A stretch of 64,000 nt of DNA. Source: Candidatus Falkowbacteria bacterium RIFOXYA2_FULL_47_19 (GTDB taxonomy: Bacteria > Patescibacteriota > Patescibacteriia > Patescibacteriales > UBA12075). The stretch lies in assembly GCA_001780275.1 (NCBI GenBank), contig MFGB01000013.1, positions 10,693 to 74,692 on the forward strand, read 5' to 3'. The notes under the pieces were generated by a model that was not told the origin of the DNA, did no database searches, and saw only the letters and a program-made list of their open reading frames with translations. Numbering within the stretch: position 1 is the stretch's first letter; the number at the start of each line of letters is the position of its first letter. The translations under genes and the position numbers were made by a program. Below, in pieces: positions 53,718 to 63,020 of the stretch.

Positions 53718-53840
53718 ATTGCCCTTACCCCGACCTTTCTCCCTCGCCTGGCGGCGGCGAGGGAGAGGGAGGTCTTGAAACATTTTTTTAATTTAAAAAA
53801 TATATAAAATATGGTATGATTCCAGTGTAAGATTTATTAT

Positions 53841-54923
53841 ATGTACCAGAAGATCAGAAAATTTTTTACTAGATATGAACGTTATTTTTCTCCGCTCATG
53901 CTTTTATTCGGTTTTGTTTTCGATAACCTGACCTTAAGGCGGGTAGATTTTTGGGCTGAAAATCTAGTGATCATTATTTATCTCGGTTTGGCGCTCATAA
54001 GCATTATCCTCATAAACATCCACGCTTCCGGCCGGCTTCGGCACAGATTTTTCGCCAAAACCACCATCTGGCTGTCATTGCTTTTGCAATTCGTTTTCGG
54101 CGGCCTTTGGAGCGCTTTTTTTATTTTTTATTTCCGCGGCGCTTCACTCGCTTTAAGCTGGCCCTTTCTCCTTATGCTTTTGGCGCTTCTTATCGGCAAT
54201 GAAACTTTCCGCGAACGATATTCTCGGTTAGTGTTCCAGCTAAGCATATTCTTTACGGCTTTATTCTCTTATTCTATTTTTGCCATACCATTGCTTTTTA
54301 AAAAGATCGGCCCGGATATGTTCGTACTGAGCGGATTGGCGAGTCTGGCGATATTCGCGGCGGCCGCCATCCTGGCTTTCCGCCTGATTCCGGAGCGTTT
54401 CCGGAAGAGCCGCCTCCCCCTGGTTTTTTCCATCACGAGCATTTATCTGATTTTTAATTTTTTCTATTTTTTCAATCTCATTCCCCCCCTTCCCTTGTCG
54501 CTTAACGAAATCGGAATTTACCATTCGCTCCGCTCTGCCGGCGGAAAATATACGGTAAGCTACGAGCCGGCTCCTTGGTACAGGTTTTGGGCGGACACGA
54601 GCCCGATATTCCATTGGCGGCCCGGAGCGCCTGTTTATTGCTTGAGCACAATTTTTGCGCCAGCGGATTTTTCCCTGGGGATAAAGCACCGTTGGTCGCA
54701 TTACGATGAAAACGTTAAAGTCTGGACAGTCAAAGATGAGCTTAGTTTTCCGCTTACCGGCGGTCGCGCCGGCGGTTACCGCGGCTATTCTCTCAAATAC
54801 GGTGTAGAACCGGGCCGGTGGCGGATCGACGTTTTAACCGATACGGACCGGGCCCTCGGGCGTATCAATTTTCAGATCGTGGAAACAGAGGACAAGTTAG
54901 AGTTTAAAAGCGAAATCAAATAA
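53841..54923 (+). CDS. Multi-pass membrane protein with a C-terminal DUF2914-like beta domain
   Basis: ~7 predicted TM helices. C-terminus HRWSHYDENVKVW...GGYRGYSLKYGVEPGRWRIDVLTDTDRALGRINFQIV recalls DUF2914 (from memory, unverified). Confidence 0.55.
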   Translation: MYQKIRKFFTRYERYFSPLMLLFGFVFDNLTLRRVDFWAENLVIIIYLGLALISIILINIHASGRLRHRFFAKTTIWLSLLLQFVFGGLWSAFFIFYFRGASLALSWPFLLMLLALLIGNETFRERYSRLVFQLSIFFTALFSYSIFAIPLLFKKIGPDMFVLSGLASLAIFAAAAILAFRLIPERFRKSRLPLVFSITSIYLIFNFFYFFNLIPPLPLSLNEIGIYHSLRSAGGKYTVSYEPAPWYRFWADTSPIFHWRPGAPVYCLSTIFAPADFSLGIKHRWSHYDENVKVWTVKDELSFPLTGGRAGGYRGYSLKYGVEPGRWRIDVLTDTDRALGRINFQIVETEDKLEFKSEIK

Positions 54924-55215
54924 GGACGTTTCTTCTTTCTGTTTAAAGATTTTTTAATGACATAGTATTTTTTACTATGTTTTTTGTTCGTTTTTTAGCT
55001 TGACAAATGGCTTGTTTTAGTATATAGTATAAAATCAGCACAAAATAGTTCTTTTTATATCTAATATTAAAGGTTTGCCACAGCGGAAAGAGGTTTTTTT
55101 CTGACTTTTTTCCGCTGTGGCCAAGCCGTCGGGGTTTAGCCTTGAGGCGTTTTATGAACTTTCATTGGTAAGGCGGGCGGTCAGCCCGCTATACAACATC
55201 TATAAGGAGGATGTA

Positions 55216-55830
55216 ATGAAAGAGAACAACTTGGTTATTACTCCCGGTCAGATGTCTGAATTTTGGAGGCAGGTAAATATCCGCCAGATCGGCCGGGATT
55301 ATTTCCAGGATTTTCTGGATCACAGATTGTTCAGAAGCAATCCATTTCTCCGGCGCATTTCCGATAAACCGCTTAACATCAAAGCTACAGAAGGCAAGAG
55401 AATCATCGCGGAAGCGAAGGATATATTTCCCGGTGGAACCGACAGCGATTTCAGGCGTTATGGAGCGGACGAAGCCGGGTCGGCGAAGAGTGAAACGCCA
55501 GTCGTCGTTTATGAGGTGATAAGAGACGGTAAACATCGGCAATTTTTCGGTTCAATCGGCGATATTGAAGAGCTCTGCTTCACGCAGGACCAGATTATAT
55601 GTTTCGTGGAGACGCATCGTGAGTGGCTTCTGACCGACGGAATGGGAACATTTTTTCTATTCCGGTCCAAAAAAACGAAGTTTAAAAAAGACCTCTGGGG
55701 GGAGTTTTTTGTCGCCAGCGTACTCGTAAATCACAACGGCGTCAGCGCCTTCGTGGACAGGTTTGGAAACTCGTACGATTGGGGCGCCGCGGGCCGTCAT
55801 CGGTTGGTCGTCCCGCAGCATGCCTCTTAG
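55216..55830 (+). CDS. Hypothetical protein
   Basis: Start chosen at ATG 55216, preceded by SD taaggagg. The track ORF begins at 55117. Confidence 0.5.
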   Translation: MKENNLVITPGQMSEFWRQVNIRQIGRDYFQDFLDHRLFRSNPFLRRISDKPLNIKATEGKRIIAEAKDIFPGGTDSDFRRYGADEAGSAKSETPVVVYEVIRDGKHRQFFGSIGDIEELCFTQDQIICFVETHREWLLTDGMGTFFLFRSKKTKFKKDLWGEFFVASVLVNHNGVSAFVDRFGNSYDWGAAGRHRLVVPQHAS

Positions 55831-55868
55831 CTATTTAAACCTTTAAACCTTGATCTCTCGGATTCTTT

Positions 55869-55908
55869 GACCCTTTGTGTTCCTCTGGAATTTTAAAGGG
55901 TCTTTTTA
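55869..55908 (+). terminator. Rho-independent terminator
   Basis: gacccttt...aaagggtc 8-bp stem with an 18-nt loop, followed by T5 and T8. Confidence 0.65.
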
Positions 55909-55917
55909 TTTTTTTGA

Positions 55918-55945
55918 TTGACAATTTTTAAAAATCATGTATAAT
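55918..55945 (+). promoter_or_regulatory. Sigma70-type promoter of the glyQS leader
   Basis: TTGACA (55918-55923), 16-nt spacer, TATAAT (55940-55945). Confidence 0.7.
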
Positions 55946-55951
55946 ATAATC

Positions 55952-56126
55952 ATTGACAATCAAGTAGGTCGATTCCAGGGAGATTGGCACCCTGTCCGTT
56001 TAATAACGGAAATCGGCAAAGCAAGGTGTCCCCGCCCATGGCGGGGAAAGCTAGATGGAACCGCGGGGAAACAACCTCGTTCTAGTATCGCAAAAAGATT
56101 ATTGTGATACGAGAATGGGGTTTTTT
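55952..56126 (+). promoter_or_regulatory. T-box riboswitch leader (glycine, putative GGC specifier) with a terminator/antiterminator switch
   Basis: T-box sequence cuaga-UGGAACC-gcgggg (56051-68). The antiterminator has helix A1 56051-55/56081-85, a 7-nt bulge UGGAACC, and helix A2 56064-68/56075-79. A competing 17-bp terminator spans 56075-56120 plus U6. GGC-A sits in a loop at 55986-55989. Confidence 0.75.
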
Positions 56127-56153
56127 AATATCATTTTAATAGAAATAAAAAAT

Positions 56154-57536
56154 ATGACCACAGAACAAAAACAACAAGATGACAAGATGCAGAAGATCGT
56201 GGCTTTCTGCAAAAGAAAAGGCTTTATATTCCCGGCCTGCGAAATATACGGCGGGCTGGCCAATTCGTATAGTTACGGCCCTTACGGAGCGGAACTTAAA
56301 AGCAATATTAAGAAAATGTGGTGGAAAAAGTTCGTGCAGGAACGCTCCGATATCGTCGGGATGGACGGGCCGATCCTCCTGGCCACTAAATTATGGGAAG
56401 CATCCGGACACACCGAGGGCTTTAACGACGCTATGGTTGATTGCAAGAAATGTAAGAAAAGATACCGGGCCGATCATGTGGTCAAAGAGCTGACCGGAAA
56501 AGACATGGAAGGCGATCTTGCCGGCATGACCAATACTCTGCAGGGCGGCCTAAAGTGCCCGGAGTGCGGAGGGAGCGATTGGACCGAGGTCAAAAATATG
56601 AGCCAGATGTTCAAAACGGAAATGAACGCCGTGGAAGGGCCGATATACTTAAGGCCGGAAACCGCCGGCGCCATTTTCGTTGATTTCAAGAATATTACGG
56701 ATTCAATGCGTGTCAAAGTTCCGTTCGGGATCGCGCAGATAGGCAAAGCGTTCCGTAACGAGATCGTGGCCAGGAATTTTATTTTCCGGATCAGGGAGTT
56801 CGAACAGATGGAGATCGAATATTTCATAGAACCGGAAACGAAGTGGGAGCCTTTGTTCGAGGATTGGCTTGATAAGCAAACAGAATTCGCCCTGTCTATC
56901 GGCGCTAAACCCGAAGACCTTCGCCGTTATGAACACCCCAAAGAAAAACTTTCCCACTATTCAAAAAAAACCATCGATACCGAGTATAATTTTCCGTTCG
57001 GATTCGGCGAATTGTTCGGCTTGGCGCATCGCGGCGACTTCGATCTTACCCAGCATTCGAAACTTTCCGGCGTTAAACTTGAGTATTTTGACGCCGCCAA
57101 TAATAAAAGATATACCCCGCACGTTTTGGAACCGACCGTCGGCGTCGATCGGCTTATATTGACCGCTATTTGCGCGGCTTACACGGAGGAAAAGATCGAA
57201 GACGAAACCAGGGTGGTAATGAAATTTCCTTACGGCGTCGCGCCGATAAAAATCGCGGTTTTCCCCCTTCTTAAAAACAAGCCGGAGCTCGTGAATAAAG
57301 CCAGGGAAGTTTTTGATTCACTCAAATCGCGGTACATGTGCGAGTTTGACGACAACGGCAATATCGGCAAACGCTACCGCAGGCAGGACGAGATCGGTAC
57401 ACCCTTTTGCGTAACCGTTGATTTTGACAGCTTGGAAAAAGACGACGTTACGGTCCGGGATCGCGATACCATGGAGCAGACCAGGATCCGAATCGAAGGA
57501 TTGAACGGATATTTTCAGGATAGATTAGACAGATAA
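56154..57536 (+). CDS. glyQS: Glycyl-tRNA synthetase, alpha2 (GlyQS) type
   Basis: MQKIVAFCKRKGFIFPACEIYGGLANSYSYGPYG..., class II motifs (FRNEI.ARNFIFRIREFEQMEIEYF; GVDRL), and an anticodon-binding C-terminus. The track ORF's upstream extension to 56055 overlaps the T-box leader. Confidence 0.9.
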   Translation: MTTEQKQQDDKMQKIVAFCKRKGFIFPACEIYGGLANSYSYGPYGAELKSNIKKMWWKKFVQERSDIVGMDGPILLATKLWEASGHTEGFNDAMVDCKKCKKRYRADHVVKELTGKDMEGDLAGMTNTLQGGLKCPECGGSDWTEVKNMSQMFKTEMNAVEGPIYLRPETAGAIFVDFKNITDSMRVKVPFGIAQIGKAFRNEIVARNFIFRIREFEQMEIEYFIEPETKWEPLFEDWLDKQTEFALSIGAKPEDLRRYEHPKEKLSHYSKKTIDTEYNFPFGFGELFGLAHRGDFDLTQHSKLSGVKLEYFDAANNKRYTPHVLEPTVGVDRLILTAICAAYTEEKIEDETRVVMKFPYGVAPIKIAVFPLLKNKPELVNKAREVFDSLKSRYMCEFDDNGNIGKRYRRQDEIGTPFCVTVDFDSLEKDDVTVRDRDTMEQTRIRIEGLNGYFQDRLDR

Positions 57537-57553
57537 AAGCGTAAATAAAAAAT

Positions 57554-57585
57554 AACAGCCCTGTATATTCGGGGCTGTTTTTTTG
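57554..57585. terminator. Bidirectional terminator between convergent genes
   Basis: cagccc(t)...(g)gggctg stem flanked by an A run (5') and T7 (3'). Confidence 0.8.
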
Positions 57586-57587
57586 TT

Positions 57588-58070
57588 TTACGCGTCTTCC
57601 CAGACGGTTTTAGCTTTTTGGATTTTGAAATTATTTTCAAAGATTTTTTTTATTAATTCCGGATCTTCGGTTTCGAAAACGACCATGTTTTTTTCCGTTT
57701 TTGAGGGCGCGTTGACACGCGTAAAGGAAGCGGAATGATAATGCTTATGAAGATATATGATCGACAACAGTGAGTCTAAAAGTTTTTTTCCCTCGAGTTC
57801 GATAACTCGGAACAAGTTATCGGATGAAATTTCTTTTTTAATCCGCCCGGATTCAAGAACCAGCCAAATAATTCTGCTTTTTTGGATTTTCTTGCCCTCG
57901 GATTTGAGTTGGCGCAAACCGTCTTCGTTTATGTCGAAGCGCATGAATGCCGGCAAATTTTTGAAATTTTCGCTTCTGTCCGGATAGTACACTTCGTACA
58001 ATTCCTCATGTTCCCAATAACCCAAAGTCCAATGCAAATCCTTGGATTTTCTGGCTCTGAATTTCTGCAT
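57588..58070 (-). CDS. Hypothetical protein
   Basis: 160-aa ORF, AT-rich, no recognisable motif. Confidence 0.55.
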   Translation of the reverse strand: MQKFRARKSKDLHWTLGYWEHEELYEVYYPDRSENFKNLPAFMRFDINEDGLRQLKSEGKKIQKSRIIWLVLESGRIKKEISSDNLFRVIELEGKKLLDSLLSIIYLHKHYHSASFTRVNAPSKTEKNMVVFETEDPELIKKIFENNFKIQKAKTVWEDA

Positions 58071-58176
58071 TATTCCTCCCTGTCTTTTTTTAAATAATGA
58101 TTATTAAAATTTTATCACGATTATTTTTGTTGGTCAACATTTTGCTTTAAGTCCCGGAAAGTGATAAAATACGGAT

Positions 58177-59544
58177 ATGAGAATATTTAAAGACACAAAT
58201 AAAACTGGCCTTAAAAATACCGACAAGCTCGCGACTTCAACCCGGAGAAAAGCCGTTTTAAAGTTAATATCCGCTGGCTTTGAACGGGCGGACGCGGGAG
58301 GATTAATGAAGGCGGCGGTCGGGTATAGCCGGGAATTCAATTCTCTGAAAGCGCAAAACAGCACTTACGACCTTATTAAGGGGCGGATTTTCGTGATTGG
58401 CGGCGGCAAGGCGGCCGGTCGCATGGCTATGGCCCTGGAAGAAATAATCGGTCCGGAAAATATAACGGCCGGAGGCGTGGTCGGGATCGATACCGGCTAT
58501 AAAACCGAAAAAATAAAAATTTTTAAAGGCGGGCATCCGATTCCTAACGAAGGAGGAATCTCGGCTGTCAGGAGGATAATGTCACTCAAGAAAAAATACG
58601 ATATCGGAGAAGAAGATCTGGTGATTTGCCTTTTGTCCGGCGGCGCTTCCGCGCTTCTGCCTTGCCCGGTCGACTCCATCAGGCTTAAAGACAAGCAAAA
58701 AACGACCGATCTACTCCTTCGGTCCGGAGCGGACATAGGGGAGATTAATACGGTCAGAAAACATCTGTCGCAAATCAAGGGCGGAGGATTGGGAAGATTT
58801 TTTTATCCCGCGCCGGTCGTTTCGATCGTTATTTCGGACGTAGCCGGCAACGATCCGGCCGTGATCGCTTCCGGTCCGACCGTTCCCGACCCCACGACCT
58901 TCAAGGATGCCTACGGCGTTATGCGTAAATACGGGCTTTACGATAAAATACCACGGAGAGTATCAACATATCTTCTACGGGGCCTTGAAGGACGGGCGGA
59001 TGAAACGCCCAAAGAACTCGGAAATTGTACTTATCACGTCATCGGAGATAACGCGATTATTTTAGAAGCTATGGCCCGAGCCGCCAAATCATCCGGTTTT
59101 ACCCCGAAAATAATCACGCCGGAATTTTCCGGCGATCCGGAAGCAACCGCGATCCGCTTGGCGCGGGAGATCATGAGCGGCAAATATACCGGCTACGACG
59201 TTCTCCTGGCCGGCGGCGAAACTACGCTTAAACTTCCGGATAAGCACGGCCGGGGAGGACGAAACAGGCACTTGGCCGCGGTTTTCTCAGTGGCTATGGA
59301 AGAATATCGCGGCCTTTGGGCGGCGGCTTTTGTTTCAACCGACGGAATCGATTATTTATCGAACGCGGCCGGAGCGATCGTCGATGACGGCACGCTAGGG
59401 ATCGTCAGGTCTAAAAAGACGGATATAGTTTCTTACATAAAAAAATTCGACACGGACAATCTGTTCAAGCGGATAGGAAACTCCCTCGTTGTAACCGGGC
59501 CGACCGGCACGAACGTCGGCGACATATTCGTTTGCGTATTATAA
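58177..59544 (+). CDS. Glycerate 2-kinase / hydroxypyruvate reductase family (DUF4147 + MOFRL)
   Basis: RIFVIGGGKAAGRMAMALEE, LLSGGASALL, VISDVAGND and LAGGETTLKL match the MOFRL-type glycerate kinase pattern. Confidence 0.8.
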   Translation: MRIFKDTNKTGLKNTDKLATSTRRKAVLKLISAGFERADAGGLMKAAVGYSREFNSLKAQNSTYDLIKGRIFVIGGGKAAGRMAMALEEIIGPENITAGGVVGIDTGYKTEKIKIFKGGHPIPNEGGISAVRRIMSLKKKYDIGEEDLVICLLSGGASALLPCPVDSIRLKDKQKTTDLLLRSGADIGEINTVRKHLSQIKGGGLGRFFYPAPVVSIVISDVAGNDPAVIASGPTVPDPTTFKDAYGVMRKYGLYDKIPRRVSTYLLRGLEGRADETPKELGNCTYHVIGDNAIILEAMARAAKSSGFTPKIITPEFSGDPEATAIRLAREIMSGKYTGYDVLLAGGETTLKLPDKHGRGGRNRHLAAVFSVAMEEYRGLWAAAFVSTDGIDYLSNAAGAIVDDGTLGIVRSKKTDIVSYIKKFDTDNLFKRIGNSLVVTGPTGTNVGDIFVCVL

Positions 59545-59606
59545 TCATTATAATTTAAATTGAATCGGATTAGAGAATCATAAATAGTCCGGACAGGAAA
59601 AAAGCC

Positions 59607-59634
59607 TTGCTTTATTTTTGTCCTATGGTAAAAT
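59607..59634 (+). promoter_or_regulatory. Candidate extended -10 promoter
   Basis: TTGCTT, 16-nt spacer, then tgg-TAAAAT. Confidence 0.55.
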
Positions 59635-59640
59635 GCAATT

Positions 59641-59755
59641 AATCAGCGTGTCGGCCGGGTAAGAGCCGAAGCGGCGGAAAGATCGATTAGGCGAATACAA
59701 CAAAATAAATAGAGAGTTAAGAAGTTGGCGTGAAATGGCCAACTTTTGGCTTTTT
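59641..59755 (+). ncRNA. Candidate small RNA or cis-regulatory leader (class unknown)
   Basis: ~115 nt between the promoter and an intrinsic terminator (aagttggc-N8-gccaactt + TTTT at 59720-59755). It holds an internal hairpin tcggc-cgggtaaga-gccga and no ORF. Confidence 0.4.
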
Positions 59756-59891
59756 ATAGGGAGAAAGACAAAAATTTTATTAAATTATAATTCGGTTTTA
59801 AGTCATAATTAATCCGAAATAAAATTTTTATTTCTCCTGATAATAATTAATTATTGCTTTTTCGCTTTTAAGCGCGGAAGCAAAGCATCGT

Positions 59892-60821
59892 ATGAACAAA
59901 AAAAAGAAGTTTATCATGGCAGCGGCGGTAATTTTTATTTTACTGCTCGCTTCGTCGCAAATAGTTTTAGCGCAAAATTCGGATAACGGGAATTCAAGAA
60001 GGTCCCAGCGCCAGACGGTAGAGAAGCATGAAAAACGGAGCTGGGCATCTGATTTTTGGCGGCGGAAAAAGAAGAGGAATAATATTCCCGTCCCGGCTCC
60101 GACTCCCGCTCCAAGTCCGACTCCGGCTCCGACTCCCGCTCCAAGTCCGACTCCGGCCCCGACTCCCGCTCCGACTCCGGCCCCGACTCCCGCTCCGACT
60201 CTTCCGCCCGCTCCCGCGGAGAGCGCATACCCGCTTCACTCTAATATTACCGCCACGGTTTTCTGGGTAGGCGAACCGGTCGGTAACGGCTCAAGCGAGG
60301 ATAACGCCCTGTCCGCCTGGGATGACGAGTGGCAGAAAAGCTTTGGCGGCTTTGACGACCCTTTTTGCCGGAACGGTTTTTATCCCTGCGGCTTTATGCC
60401 GAAGGAAAATCCGTTCTATGTCACGGTGCCATATAATGACTTTAACGATAATGGCAACCGGAAAGCGAACGCGCAAACAGTCGTGCCTTGGGCGGACGAA
60501 AAAACCTGGAAAGATAACGAATCGATGATGAAGAATCGTTGGGTAAGGGTGATTAAGGGCGAAAAAACCTGCTACGCTCAGGTCGAAGATTCCGGTCCCT
60601 ACCAGTACGACGATCATAATTACGTGTTCGGCAATGCCCGGCCGATAAATACCCGGGCGAATAACGCGGGAATGGACGTATCCCCGGCTCTGCGTGACTG
60701 CTTGGTCTTCCAAGGTCTCAATAACGCCGACAATAAGATTGATTGGCAGTTCGTAAACGCCGAAGATGTGCCGGCGGGCCCTTGGAAAGAAACGGTTACC
60801 GTTTCTCAGATCAATTGGTAA
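59892..60821 (+). CDS. Secreted protein with a PAPTPAPS(PT) tandem-repeat linker and a conserved-looking C-terminal domain of unknown function
   Basis: Signal [27 protein letters not shown], a Pro-rich repeat, and a C-terminal ~200 aa ([10 protein letters not shown]...[13 protein letters not shown]...). Confidence 0.65.
   Translation: MNKKKKFIMAAAVIFILLLASSQIVLAQNSDNGNSRRSQRQTVEKHEKRSWASDFWRRKKKRNNIPVPAPTPAPSPTPAPTPAPSPTPAPTPAPTPAPTPAPTLPPAPAESAYPLHSNITATVFWVGEPVGNGSSEDNALSAWDDEWQKSFGGFDDPFCRNGFYPCGFMPKENPFYVTVPYNDFNDNGNRKANAQTVVPWADEKTWKDNESMMKNRWVRVIKGEKTCYAQVEDSGPYQYDDHNYVFGNARPINTRANNAGMDVSPALRDCLVFQGLNNADNKIDWQFVNAEDVPAGPWKETVTVSQINW
60093..60200 (+). repeat. In-frame tandem repeat (2 x 30 bp + 2 x 24 bp)
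   Basis: ccggctccgactcccgctccaagtccgact occurs twice (60093-60152). ccggccccgactcccgctccgact occurs twice (60153-60200). Confidence 0.95.
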
Positions 60822-60842
60822 CAAAAACAAAATATATATTCA

Positions 60843-60876
60843 AAAGACGAGGTATCCGCCTCGTCTTTTGTTTTTG
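60843..60876 (+). terminator. Rho-independent terminator
   Basis: agacgagg-tatccg-cctcgtct stem followed by TTTTgTTTTT. Confidence 0.85.
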
Positions 60877-60944
60877 GCGGGATTTTATCCTTTCTTTATA
60901 TTTTTTTTATAAAAATTTCATCACTCTTTTGCTATAATAGGTAT

Positions 60945-61805
60945 ATGTCCGGAAAGCTATATAAAATCGCGCTGACTTCTGGGATTGCGGCCGTTTTGGC
61001 CGTTCTTTTCGGTTTTTGGCTTTTTGCCGCCGAAGCCGGCGTTTATCTGGAAGTGGATTTTTTGGACGTCGGCCAAGGAGATTCCACGTTAATAAAGACG
61101 CCTGCCGGACAGAATATCCTTCTTGACGGTGGACCGGATAATGCGGTCATAAAAAGGCTCTCTGAAAATCTACCGTGGTGGGACCGGACGATCGATCTTA
61201 TGATCCTGACCCATCCGCACGATGACCATGTCAACGGCTTTAACGACATCCTTAAAAGGTATGATGTTAAAAAAATAATCTATACCGGAGTAATGCACGA
61301 TTCTCCGGGTTATCTAAACTGGCTTGAATTCGCGCGTGACGATAAAGTGCCTTTATTGATCATTGACCGGCCGCAAAAAGTGCGGCTAGGAGGGGATTGT
61401 TATATAGAATTCCTATATCCCCGTGAAAGCGTTCTGGGCGAGACCGTGGACAACCTAAACAACAGCTCGATCGTATTCAGGCTGGTTTACGCTAATACCG
61501 TATTTTTATTCATGGGCGACGCGGAAACAGAAGTTGAGAAAGAGCTTTTGGATAAGGATGTCGATTTAAGCGCCGATATCCTGAAAACCGGCCATCACGG
61601 TTCGGATACATCATCGAGCGAAGAATTTCTGGCGGCCGTTAGTCCGGAGACAGCCGTGATCCAAGTCGGCGCGGATAACGATTTCGGACATCCCAGCCGC
61701 CGGATCCTTAAGCGCCTGGAGCGTATCGGGACCACGGTCTATCGGACCGATCTTCATGGTACGATACGTTTTTTAAGCGACGGCGGCAAGATAAAAAAAG
61801 ACTGA
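60945..61805 (+). CDS. ComEC/Rec2-related metallo-beta-lactamase domain protein (MBL domain only, single N-terminal TM)
   Basis: FLDVGQGDSTLIKTPAGQNILLDGG, THPHDDHVNG and KTGHHGSDTSS. Confidence 0.8.
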   Translation: MSGKLYKIALTSGIAAVLAVLFGFWLFAAEAGVYLEVDFLDVGQGDSTLIKTPAGQNILLDGGPDNAVIKRLSENLPWWDRTIDLMILTHPHDDHVNGFNDILKRYDVKKIIYTGVMHDSPGYLNWLEFARDDKVPLLIIDRPQKVRLGGDCYIEFLYPRESVLGETVDNLNNSSIVFRLVYANTVFLFMGDAETEVEKELLDKDVDLSADILKTGHHGSDTSSSEEFLAAVSPETAVIQVGADNDFGHPSRRILKRLERIGTTVYRTDLHGTIRFLSDGGKIKKD

Positions 61806-61883
61806 AATTTTGGCTTTAAAAGGCTCTCTTGCGTAAATCGATATAGTTGCGCTATAATGATTATAATAATAATCTATAATTAT

Positions 61884-62267
61884 ATGGCCAATAATAAACA
61901 GAAAAAAGTATTGATAGTGGAGGATGAGGAGATACTGCGTGCGATGTATGAAAGAAAATTCGTGCAAGATAAAGAACTGAAAGTTTTTATCGCCGCCGAC
62001 GGCGCCGAGGGATTAGAGATGGCAAGAAGGGAAAAGCCGGATGTGGTGCTTCTGGACATAATTTTGCCGAAGCTCGACGGATTTTCGGTCCTTGAAGAAA
62101 TAAGAAAAATGAAGGAAATGAAAAAAACCCCGGTTTTTATGTTCACTAATCTGGGCACGCCGGAGGATATTGAGAAAGGCAAGGCGCTCGGAGCTACCGA
62201 CTATATGGTTAAAGTAAGCCTTACCCCGGACCAGATCTACGAGAAAGTAAAAAAATATCTTAAATAA
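61884..62267 (+). CDS. Stand-alone response-regulator receiver
   Basis: Start at MANNKQKKVLIVEDEE. Also VVLLDIILPKLDG and DYMVKV. Confidence 0.9.
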   Translation: MANNKQKKVLIVEDEEILRAMYERKFVQDKELKVFIAADGAEGLEMARREKPDVVLLDIILPKLDGFSVLEEIRKMKEMKKTPVFMFTNLGTPEDIEKGKALGATDYMVKVSLTPDQIYEKVKKYLK

Positions 62268-62345
62268 TAAATATAATGCTGATCCGCGAATGTATGCGAG
62301 TAGTTTTTCGCGAGAATACGTTCGGGGTTTAATATTTTAAAACCT

Positions 62346-62936
62346 ATGAGTAATCATCCGCAAGAAGAAAAAACTTATTTAATGGTCAAGCCTGACGGAG
62401 TCAGAAGGGGTTTGACCGGTGAAATCTTAAAAAGGATCGAAAGAGCCGACCTGAAGATAATCGCTTTATCAATGTTCCAGCCGACCCACCAGCAGATCGA
62501 CGATCATTATCCGAAAGACGAGAAATGGATTAACAGACTCGGAGAAAAAACCAAGAGCACGTATGAGAAATACGGCTTTGACCTTAAGGGGGAGATGGGA
62601 ACGGAGGATACCCTGAAGATCGGCAAAGAGGTTCGTAAATGGCTGATAGACTATATGGTTTCCGCGCCTCTGGTCAAAGTAATTGTCCAGGGTAACCACG
62701 CGGTTGATCTTGTCAGGAAGATGGTCGGTAATACTATGCCGGCCGTAGCGGAAATGGGTACTATCAGGGGTGATTTCAGTGCGGACAGCGCCGCGGCCGC
62801 CAATCGGGACAAAAGGGCGGTTCATAATATAGTGCATGCTTCAGAAACGCCCCAAGAAGCCGCTCACGAAATAGAACATTGGTTCGGAGTGGATGAAATC
62901 TGTTCTTATAAGAGAGTCGAAGATTCTTTAAGATAG
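62346..62936 (+). CDS. ndk: Nucleoside diphosphate kinase (long form with an internal insertion)
   Basis: TYLMVKPDGVRRGLTGEILKRIE, active-site NIVHASE. 196 aa against the usual ~140-150. Confidence 0.85.
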   Translation: MSNHPQEEKTYLMVKPDGVRRGLTGEILKRIERADLKIIALSMFQPTHQQIDDHYPKDEKWINRLGEKTKSTYEKYGFDLKGEMGTEDTLKIGKEVRKWLIDYMVSAPLVKVIVQGNHAVDLVRKMVGNTMPAVAEMGTIRGDFSADSAAAANRDKRAVHNIVHASETPQEAAHEIEHWFGVDEICSYKRVEDSLR

Positions 62937-63020
62937 TCTTCTTTCCTGCCCTTACGGTCAAAGATTATTTTTAGCCATTAATTATTATTTGTTTAATTTT
63001 AGCCAAATTAAGTTTTTTCC

